Origin: Ignicoccus pacificus DSM 13166
GTDB lineage: Archaea > Thermoproteota > Thermoprotei_A > Sulfolobales > Ignicoccaceae
Length of the DNA stretch: 32,000 nucleotides
Reading direction: 5' to 3'
Assembly (NCBI GenBank): GCA_025340205.1
Contig: CP006868.1
Location: 1,470,001-1,502,000, forward strand
Shown here: in pieces, positions 1-6,816 of the stretch
How positions within the stretch are numbered: the first letter of the stretch is position 1
Layout of the letters: each line of letters starts with the position of its first letter
The notes under the pieces: model-generated
Told to the model about the DNA's origin: nothing
What the model saw: the letters and a program-made list of their open reading frames with translations, nothing else
The model's database searches: none
Translations under genes and position numbers: made by a program

Positions 1-202
1 CTTTACTCTTAGGAGGGAAGAGGATGAAGACGTCTAGCTCGAGATTCCCCCTTAACCACGTCTCCTTAGCCGCGCTTCCTTGAAGGGTGACCTCTCCTTT
101 GACTTTTTCCTTCTCCAGCTCCTCCTCTACTACCCTTTTCACCTTCGCGAATATCCTATCCCTTTTCTGGTACTCCTCCTTAGTTGGCCTTATCTTCTCC
201 AA
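1..202 (-). CDS. cca: CCA-adding tRNA nucleotidyltransferase, N-terminal part (gene runs off the left edge)
   Basis: Not in the ORF track because it has no stop inside the window. My reverse-strand translation from TTG 202..200 reads (L)EKIRPTKEEYQKRDRIFAKVKRVVEEELEKEKVKGEVTLQGSAAKETWLRGNLELDVFILFPPKSK. The pattern GSAAKETWLRGNLELDVF matches the class I archaeal nucleotidyltransferase signature (GS...D.D.F). It lies directly downstream of thpR/ligT, a pairing I recall as recurrent in archaea. The start is uncertain: there is no ATG and the first canonical start is TTG. Confidence 0.7.
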   Translation of the reverse strand, partial: MEKIRPTKEEYQKRDRIFAKVKRVVEEELEKEKVKGEVTLQGSAAKETWLRGNLELDVFILFPPKSK

Positions 203-221
203 TACGCTCTCTTCTAAGAGT

Positions 222-794
222 TTATGGAGAAGCGTCGAGCTTCACCTCCCTCAAGGTCTCATATATCGGTCCTCTCGGCGTTAAGGTAGATTTCTTCAAC
301 CTTATGTTAGTAACTTCGAACTCTCCTAGGTCTATGTCCTTCATAGACTCTATCCATTCAGTCAACCTTTCCCTACCTCTAGGTCCCTTTACTCTGGCCA
401 GCGTCACGTGAGCCGTAAATCCCTTGGTCTCCGGCCTAAAGCCCATCTTCCTTAGTTCCCTCTCAAGTATTCTAGCCATTTCTGCCAATACTTCGTCTCC
501 CTCAACTCCCACCCATATCACCCTAGGTCTGTAAGGAGAAGGAAATGCTCCTACGCCCTTAAGCCTTATCTTATGCCTCCTTCCGCTTTGAGCCGCTTTC
601 TGCATAACCTTTTCTATCTCATCTATCATGTCCACGGGTATGTTTCCTAGGAATCTCAGAGTTATGTGGAAGTTCTCCACCTCTACTATCTTGACATCCG
701 CTCCCGTCTGCTTGAGGGACTCCGCTAGTCTGCCGAGCTTGCCAGCCAGCTCGCCCTCTATGTCTACGGCAATAAAGGCTCTAACCTTCTCCAT
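222..794 (-). CDS. thpR: RNA 2',3'-cyclic phosphodiesterase / 2'-5' RNA ligase family (2H phosphoesterase)
   Basis: 190-aa ORF with the two H-x-T-x motifs of the 2H superfamily (HITL at aa 43, HVTL at aa 129) at typical spacing. ATG start. Confidence 0.85.
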   Translation of the reverse strand: MEKVRAFIAVDIEGELAGKLGRLAESLKQTGADVKIVEVENFHITLRFLGNIPVDMIDEIEKVMQKAAQSGRRHKIRLKGVGAFPSPYRPRVIWVGVEGDEVLAEMARILERELRKMGFRPETKGFTAHVTLARVKGPRGRERLTEWIESMKDIDLGEFEVTNIRLKKSTLTPRGPIYETLREVKLDASP

Positions 795-917
795 GCTCCT
801 CCCACTCCACTAAAGATTGGAGGAGCTGAAGAGCGCGATACAAGTTGGTCCTCCCGGTCCAGTAAGGAGGGGCTCTGAGATAGGCATCCTCTATCTCCTT
901 TAGCGCCTTGAGGGCGA

Positions 918-1259
918 TTACTCGTACTCCCTCCATACGTGACCACACTTCGTGCACTTGTAGAACCTGGTGGGAGGTTCGTCTCCCGCTCTGGTTTGGA
1001 GGAACCAGTAGTAGGCTTCATCATGTCCGCATTTAGGACAAATTACGTCTCTTGTCTTTGGTAAGGTCTCTACCTTTATCTTATCGTCAATAACTATTGT
1101 CTTTTCCCTTACGCTGTGGCTTATCTTCTTAGTAGTTCTTATAGGCTTAGCCTGAGAGGCATCCATCTCATAGCCGCATCTCATGCACTTTAGGATAGTC
1201 TTCCCTCCAACCCTCCTCGCAACCATTAACGAACCACACTTGGGGCAGAACTGCACCAT
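918..1259 (-). CDS. tfs: Transcription factor S (RNA polymerase subunit M-like cleavage factor)
   Basis: 113 aa. N-terminal zinc ribbon CPKCG...CMRCG and C-terminal zinc ribbon CPKCGHDEAYYWFLQTRAGDEPPTRFYKCTKCGHVW, including the acidic DE loop expected of an active cleavage factor. Confidence 0.9.
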   Translation of the reverse strand: MVQFCPKCGSLMVARRVGGKTILKCMRCGYEMDASQAKPIRTTKKISHSVREKTIVIDDKIKVETLPKTRDVICPKCGHDEAYYWFLQTRAGDEPPTRFYKCTKCGHVWREYE

Positions 1260-1396
1260 GGCTCAGTTTCACCAGACGATAGCCTACCGTGTATAGCTTA
1301 TTAATATCGAACGAATCCCTCACTCTAATCAATTAATACAGAGAAAGCCTTAATTCATAAGTTACGATTAACCAGTTCCTATGAGGTGAATCGAAC

Positions 1397-2866
1397 TTGA
1401 GTGAGCGCGGAGGAATGAGCGCACTACTGACCGGTATCAGAGTAGGGTTCAACAATCCTATAACTAGGACTATCCTCAAAAAGATGTCAAAAAGGATTAC
1501 TTGCATTGTCGACGGAAAGCCTATGACTGAGAGAATATCCTACTTCGCTATGGCTAAGTACGCTGGTCTAGACGTTAAGTGTCCTTGGAGCGCTTCTCTC
1601 TACAACGCCTTCCTGAGCGTGATCCTTGACGTTGCTCTGATGGCGTTCAAAGGAAATAAGGAGGAGGTGAGAGAGGCGTTAAAGGACCCCGCCGTTAGGA
1701 GAGGCATGGCTCTGGTGCTCGAGGGCCTTGGTAAGTACGGCGTCACCGTTCCTCAGAAGCTTCCCGCCCCCTTCCTTATCGTTTGGAACTTCACGAACAT
1801 GTGTAACCTAAGGTGCAAGCACTGTTATCAAAGAGCCGATAAGCCTCTTCCCGACGAGCTAACCCTAGATGAGAAACTGGACGTCGTGAGGCAGTTCGAT
1901 GAAGCGGGAGTAGCCGCTGTGGCCCTAAGCGGCGGAGAACCCACAATCCATCCACACTTCTACAAGGTGGTGGAGGCCTTCTCCGAGAGAGGAATATACG
2001 TCGCCGTAGCAACCAACGGTTGGCTATTCGCTGACAAGAAGTACTTAGTAAAAGCTAAGGAGAAGGGCGTTAGGTACATAGAGGTAAGCGTGGACTCCGC
2101 TGATCCCAAGAAGCACGACGAGTTCAGAGGGATTCCTGGCTCTTGGAAGAGAGCTGTTCAAACGCTCAGAAACGCCGTCGATATAAAGCTCAACCATGCT
2201 ATGGCTGTAACCGTGACGAAGAATAATATAGATGAGATAGATGATATCCTAAACCTAGCTGAGGAGATAGGCGTGTGGAGGGTCGTGTTCTTCAACTTCG
2301 TCCCCGTAGGTAGAGGGAAGGAGATCATGGACTTAGATCTGAGTCCCGAAGAGAGGGAGGAATTCATGAAGAAGATAGCTAAGGAGATGACAAAGAGGAA
2401 GATGGAGATCTACACCACTGCACCTCAGTACTCAAGAGTTACCATGGAAGTTTTAGGAACCACACTCCCCACACACTTCTCCGCACCTACTGACACCAGT
2501 TACTCTAAGGTAGTCTCAGCCTTGGCCGAGTTTGTGGGAGGATGCGGCGCTGGAAGGATCTACGCAGCCCTAGAGCCCAACGGCGACGTCACCCCTTGCG
2601 TCTTCCTTCCGATAGTAGTAGGCAACGTCAGGCAGAAGCACTTCAGAGAGATCTGGGAGACCTCTGAGCTCTTCCTAAAGCTGAGGGACAGGAACAACCT
2701 CAGCGGTTATTGTAAGGTCTGTCCGTACAGAGAGGTATGCGGAGGATGCAGGGCTAGGGCCTACGCCTACTTCAACGATCCCCTAGCGCCCGATCCGGGA
2801 TGCATATTCAACAAGAGCTCATGGGAGGAGCTAAAGAAACAAGTAGCTGAGGTCAAGGTCCTCTGA
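1397..2866 (+). CDS. Radical SAM / SPASM-domain enzyme with about 130-aa N-terminal extension, substrate unknown
   Basis: CX3CX2C cluster CNLRCKHC (Cys136/140/143), then GGEPT. The C-terminal Cys-rich auxiliary-cluster region reads GGCGAG...PCVF...CKVCPYREVCGGCRARAYAYFNDPLAPDPGC. The track start at 1397 is TTG. ATG 1415 preceded by GGAGG is an alternative start. Confidence 0.8.
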   Translation: MSERGGMSALLTGIRVGFNNPITRTILKKMSKRITCIVDGKPMTERISYFAMAKYAGLDVKCPWSASLYNAFLSVILDVALMAFKGNKEEVREALKDPAVRRGMALVLEGLGKYGVTVPQKLPAPFLIVWNFTNMCNLRCKHCYQRADKPLPDELTLDEKLDVVRQFDEAGVAAVALSGGEPTIHPHFYKVVEAFSERGIYVAVATNGWLFADKKYLVKAKEKGVRYIEVSVDSADPKKHDEFRGIPGSWKRAVQTLRNAVDIKLNHAMAVTVTKNNIDEIDDILNLAEEIGVWRVVFFNFVPVGRGKEIMDLDLSPEEREEFMKKIAKEMTKRKMEIYTTAPQYSRVTMEVLGTTLPTHFSAPTDTSYSKVVSALAEFVGGCGAGRIYAALEPNGDVTPCVFLPIVVGNVRQKHFREIWETSELFLKLRDRNNLSGYCKVCPYREVCGGCRARAYAYFNDPLAPDPGCIFNKSSWEELKKQVAEVKVL

Positions 2867-2878
2867 GGGTCACAGAAA

Positions 2879-2890
2879 CCTTTTAAACCC
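2879..2890 (+). promoter_or_regulatory. TATA-box-like element (CCTTTTAAACCC) upstream of the tRNA-CAT gene
   Basis: The A/T-rich octamer lies about 26-32 nt upstream of tRNA position 1 (2913). The same decamer CTTTTAAACC precedes tRNA-His at 8744..8753. Confidence 0.5.
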
Positions 2891-2912
2891 TTATCCTTCC
2901 CTCCTCTCCGGA

Positions 2913-3017
2913 GCCGCCGTAGCTCAGCCTGGCAGAGCGCCGGGCCCATAAGCTAGGGTACCGAGAACCGACTGGGACACCCGGTGGCCCGGGGTTCGAA
3001 TCCCCGCGGCGGCACCA
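2913..3017 (+). tRNA. tRNA-Met: tRNA with CAT anticodon (elongator Met, or Ile2 type), 28-nt intron at 37/38, encoded CCA
   Basis: Hand fold: acceptor GCCGCCG/CGGCGGC, D arm GCTC-AGCCTGGCA-GAGC, anticodon stem CCGGG/CCCGG, anticodon CAT at 2947..2949. The intron is about 2951..2978; exon CCCA pairs with intron TGGG, flanked by 3-nt bulges TAA and ACA. T arm is CGGGG-TTCGAAT-CCCCG, with discriminator A and CCA at 3015..3017. The G1:C72 pair argues against an initiator tRNA. Confidence 0.9.
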
Positions 3018-3036
3018 TCCTCCCATCCCTCCCAAG

Positions 3037-3714
3037 GTGATGGCAATGGCACTAGAGAAGGTGACGATGACTGTTCTCATAGACAACACCTCACATCCTC
3101 CCTTCAAGAAGGCGTGGGGCCTATCTATATTAATAGAATCTCCAGAAGTCAAAATCCTCTGGGATTCCGGACCGGATCCTAATACCTTAACTCACAACGC
3201 CAACATACTGAACAAAGATCTTAAGGTAGACTACCTAATATTCAGTCATAGACACTGGGATCACACTGGAGGAACGGAGGCCGTAAGGTATAGAAAAGCA
3301 ATAGCCCCGAGAGATTGGCTCTTTCCTAAGTTCAAAAATCTAGTAATGAATAATAAATACTTGAAATTGATAGATGAAGTAATTGTAACGAGACCTCTAA
3401 TGGGGATGGGTCTTCCTGAGCAAGCCCTCCTCATTGACGTAAAAGGGTATGGTACGGTAATGCTAGTAGGCTGTAGCCATCCCGGCGTCGCCGACATGTA
3501 CGAAGACGTAGTTAAGAACCTAGGAATAAGGCCTAGGATGGTCATCGGTGGCTTCCACCTCTTTGGAGCGCCGAAGAGGTTGGTGGAGGAGACTATAGCT
3601 CGCTTGAGAAACTTAGGAGCTGAGAAACTCCATCCCATTCATTGCTCAGGGGAGTACGCTAAGCTGTTAGCGAGGAGCGACGTGGAGACGGGGACGGTGA
3701 TAGAGCTGCCATGA
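3037..3714 (+). CDS. Metallo-beta-lactamase fold hydrolase
   Basis: HxHxDH motif (SHRHWDHTGG) about 75 aa from the N-terminus, with later His/Asp ligand candidates (GCSHPG, GGFHLFG). Size is typical of a minimal MBL fold. The probable start is ATG 3040, one codon after the GTG used in the track. Confidence 0.75.
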   Translation: MMAMALEKVTMTVLIDNTSHPPFKKAWGLSILIESPEVKILWDSGPDPNTLTHNANILNKDLKVDYLIFSHRHWDHTGGTEAVRYRKAIAPRDWLFPKFKNLVMNNKYLKLIDEVIVTRPLMGMGLPEQALLIDVKGYGTVMLVGCSHPGVADMYEDVVKNLGIRPRMVIGGFHLFGAPKRLVEETIARLRNLGAEKLHPIHCSGEYAKLLARSDVETGTVIELP

Positions 3715-4697
3715 AGAACTTGGCGAGAGAGATAAGGAGGAGGCTCGAGGAATTAAAGATCCTAAGGAGACATAAGGCATTAGCCAAGAGATATGGCTAC
3801 CTTCCTTACATGATAGCTCGCTATGACCTCTTCGTGGAGGACACCTTAGCTCTACTAAGGGCGTTCGAGAGAAGACCTAACGACGCCATCAGATGCAATC
3901 ACTTGAGATCGCCCTGTAAGAGGCTCGTCGAAAGGCTCGAGGAAAGGGGCTTCAAGCTCAAGAGAGTTCCTTGGTCTAGTAGGTGCTTTGAGGTGACTAA
4001 AGCTCCCTTCTCCCTCTCATCCACCCCCGAACATCTAGACGGATGGTTCTACATTATGGACAAGTCAAGCTGCCTACCTCCTGAGGTCCTCTCTCCTTCC
4101 CCGGGGGAGAGGGTCGCCGATTTGGCTTCCGCCCCCGGAGGAAAGGCTACCTACTTAGCTGAGATGATGGGGTATGATGGAGAGCTCTTGGCCTTTGAAA
4201 GGAACAGAGCTAGGGTTCCCGCATTGCTTAATAACATAGAAAGAATGGGGTCCTTAAACGTTAAGGTAATAGTTGACGACGCGTACAACGCTCCTAAGTA
4301 TGGCCCCTTCGACAAGGCCTTGCTAGATGCCCCCTGCACCGGAGAGGGGGTAATAGCTCGAGATCCCTCGAGGAAGAGGAGTAAGAAGATAGAGGATTTG
4401 GTCTTGATGCACAAGGTCCAAGTGGCGTTACTCAATAGGGCACTCGACTCCCTGAAGAGCGGAGGGATTCTCGTTTATAGTACGTGCTCCATAGCTCCCG
4501 AGGAAAACGAGCTGGTTCTCTTAGCGGTCTTAGAGGGGAGGGATGATGTGGAGGTATTGGACAGCGGGGAAGCCGGCTCTCCGGGGATAAGCGAGTACCT
4601 AGGATTTGAGTTTCCGGAAGCGGTCAAGTGCAGGAGGCTTTGGCCTCATATTCATGGATCCGAAGGATTCTTCGTATGTGCCTTGAGGAGGATCTAG
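3711..4697 (+). CDS. NOL1/NOP2/Sun-family RNA cytosine-C5 methyltransferase
   Basis: SAM-binding DLASAPGGKA, motif IV LDAPCTGEG and motif VI YSTCS, carrying the two catalytic Cys of RsmB/NOP2 enzymes. Its start forms an ATGA overlap with the upstream MBL gene. Confidence 0.85.
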   Translation: MKNLAREIRRRLEELKILRRHKALAKRYGYLPYMIARYDLFVEDTLALLRAFERRPNDAIRCNHLRSPCKRLVERLEERGFKLKRVPWSSRCFEVTKAPFSLSSTPEHLDGWFYIMDKSSCLPPEVLSPSPGERVADLASAPGGKATYLAEMMGYDGELLAFERNRARVPALLNNIERMGSLNVKVIVDDAYNAPKYGPFDKALLDAPCTGEGVIARDPSRKRSKKIEDLVLMHKVQVALLNRALDSLKSGGILVYSTCSIAPEENELVLLAVLEGRDDVEVLDSGEAGSPGISEYLGFEFPEAVKCRRLWPHIHGSEGFFVCALRRI

Positions 4698-5731
4698 GCG
4701 AACTCCTCGTTGAGCTGTTCAGCGTTCTCTATGAACTTCCTCCTAGCGTTCTTAGCATAAGGATTCCTCTGCTGAATCTCCTTAACCACGTCGAACAAGC
4801 TCTCGAGTCTCTTGATAGTGTCTAGGGTCTTCTTGAAGGAATAGGTCACGTAGCCCTCGTAGTTCACGTCTAGTTCCTTGGCGAGCTCATCCATGGACCT
4901 CTTCAACGTAAGCAACGCGAAGTGATGGAGTACTTGGGTAACTGCCATCGCCTTGTCGTGCTCGTCAGGAGACGCGGTGACTACCTCGAAACCCATTGAA
5001 ACCAAGGCTTGACTGAGCTCCCTTACCCAGTAGTCGTAGCTCTTCAAGGGTATCATCACTATGGTCTCTCCTATGGGATCTATGTCAGGACCGAAGAGCG
5101 GATGTAAGCTTATGTACTCAACGTACTCCGGCAATTCCTTCAATATCTTATCGACTATTCCGCTCTTCACCGAGGATATATCGCTGAGGAGGCTTCCCGA
5201 CCTCATCAGTGGAGCAAGTTCCCTGACGACGTCTATCAAGGCGTCGGGAGGAACGGCAAGGATCAGCCACTCCACCTTGGAGGCCACTTCCTTTGGCTCT
5301 CCCCACTCCACCTTCAAGCTCTGAGCCAACTCTTTGGCCTTCTCGAGGTTCCTTCCCGTTATTACCACCTTGTGACCAGCTCTGGAGAAGACCTCAGCTA
5401 AGGTCCTCGCCATTCCTCCGTAGCCGTAGATCCCGATGTAGAGCTTACTCTTAGCGTAGAGCTGCTGGGATCTGGACTGTTGCAGAATGAGCTTGAATAC
5501 TTCCTCCACGAACCTCCAATCTATTCCTTCCTCAAGTCCCCATATTTCCCTAGTCTTGAGCACTTGCTCCTCTCTCGCTTTATCGAAGACTGGGATTCCA
5601 TATTTCCTCTTTATCTCCGTTATATCCTTCACTATTTTCATTCTCTTTGCTATTAATGAAAGGAGTTCCCTATCGACCTTATCTAGCTCCTTCCTCTTTA
5701 TCCTCAGTTCCTCTGGAACTCCTTGTGTCAT
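4694..5731 (-). CDS. tyrA: Bifunctional chorismate mutase / prephenate dehydrogenase
   Basis: The N-terminal 90 aa are AroQ-type chorismate mutase helices (LRIKRKELDKVDRELLSLIAKRMKIVKDITEIKRKYGIPVFDKAREEQVL). This is followed by a Rossmann GxGxxG (IGIYGYGGMA) and a prephenate dehydrogenase core (ISLHPLFGP). Its ATG shares one base with the tkt stop (TAATG). Confidence 0.8.
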   Translation of the reverse strand: MTQGVPEELRIKRKELDKVDRELLSLIAKRMKIVKDITEIKRKYGIPVFDKAREEQVLKTREIWGLEEGIDWRFVEEVFKLILQQSRSQQLYAKSKLYIGIYGYGGMARTLAEVFSRAGHKVVITGRNLEKAKELAQSLKVEWGEPKEVASKVEWLILAVPPDALIDVVRELAPLMRSGSLLSDISSVKSGIVDKILKELPEYVEYISLHPLFGPDIDPIGETIVMIPLKSYDYWVRELSQALVSMGFEVVTASPDEHDKAMAVTQVLHHFALLTLKRSMDELAKELDVNYEGYVTYSFKKTLDTIKRLESLFDVVKEIQQRNPYAKNARRKFIENAEQLNEEFA

Positions 5732-6696
5732 TACTTTCTCACCCTACTCTCAAGCCTCTTAATTGTATTAACTATGGAGGTCGAGTCCAGTCCCTGAGCT
5801 TTTATAAGGTCTCTAACGTCTCTAGCTGACCTTCCATAGCTCTTGGCGCCCATGATCTTTATGGGTACCGGGATCTCGGGAGGGTTCTGAACCACGTACT
5901 CCGCTATGGCCGAACCTAGCCCTCCCCTAACTCCATGCTCTTCTATAGTAATTATGCCCTTGAACTTGTTTATTACCTTATCAAGCAAGGCTGTGTCTAG
6001 AGGCTTGACCGTGTGCATGTTTATTACAGCCACGCTTATCCCTTCCCTCTTTAGCATCTTCGCCGCTTGAAGGGCGTCCCACAACAAGGGGCCGTTGCCT
6101 ATTATCGCGTAGTCGTCTCCATCTCTCAACCAAACGGCCTTCCCTATTACGAAATCATAATCTGGATCATCGTAAACCGGAGGACCGTAATCCCTCCCTA
6201 TTCTCATGTAGACCGGGGTGGGGTAGTCTATTATCGCGTGAGTGGCCTTCGCCACCTCTATGGGATCTGCCGGAACCACCACCGTCATACAAGGCAACGT
6301 CCTCATGAGTGCCACGTCTTCCAATGCTTGATGGCTTGAGCCGTCTCCGGCGTCGGCGAAGCCAGCGTGGGTACCGACTATCTTCACGTTTACGTGAGCT
6401 CTGCAGACCATGTTCCTCACTTGCTCCCATGCTCTCATCAGGAACATAGCGAAGGCGCTGGCTAGCGGAAGGAACCCTACTGCGGAAAGTCCAGCGCTCA
6501 TCCCTATCATCGCTTGCTCCGAAATTCCCACGTTGATGAAGCGGTTAGGGAACCTCTCGGCGAACCACTTGGTTCTGGTGGCATCGGCCACGTCTGCTGT
6601 CAACACCACTAGGTCCTCTCTCCTCTCTCCCGCCTCTACCAGCGCCCTACCGAAGGCGTTCCTAGGACTTCCCATTACCAACTTTGGACCCACCAC
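5731..6696 (-). CDS. Transketolase C-terminal (pyrimidine-binding + C-terminal domain) subunit
   Basis: 321 aa with PRNAFGRALVEAGERREDLVVLTADVADATRT...FINVGISEQAMIGMSAGLS, typical of the split archaeal transketolase second half. The start is uncertain: GTG 6696 or ATG 6675. Confidence 0.8.
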   Translation of the reverse strand: MVGPKLVMGSPRNAFGRALVEAGERREDLVVLTADVADATRTKWFAERFPNRFINVGISEQAMIGMSAGLSAVGFLPLASAFAMFLMRAWEQVRNMVCRAHVNVKIVGTHAGFADAGDGSSHQALEDVALMRTLPCMTVVVPADPIEVAKATHAIIDYPTPVYMRIGRDYGPPVYDDPDYDFVIGKAVWLRDGDDYAIIGNGPLLWDALQAAKMLKREGISVAVINMHTVKPLDTALLDKVINKFKGIITIEEHGVRGGLGSAIAEYVVQNPPEIPVPIKIMGAKSYGRSARDVRDLIKAQGLDSTSIVNTIKRLESRVRK

Positions 6697-6801
6697 TCTC
6701 CCACCAAGGGTGTTTTATTTACCTATGTCCTCGGTGAGGTCCCACACTCTTCATCGCGTCCGAACAAATTGGCCTCGTCATCGGAAGGTTAGGGTAGTGT
6801 T

Positions 6802-6806
6802 AAAAA
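6802..6806 (-). terminator. T5 tract downstream of the 512-aa membrane protein gene
   Basis: The minus strand reads GAGTTTTTAAC beginning 11 nt after the TAA at 6817..6819. Oligo-T tracts are the usual archaeal termination signal. Confidence 0.35.
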
Positions 6807-6816
6807 CTCATTAAGT

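Noticed and set aside
2883-3152. 89-aa minus-strand ORF spanning the tRNA-CAT gene
   Set aside because: It overlaps a cleanly folding tRNA and the start of the MBL gene, so a coding role is implausible.
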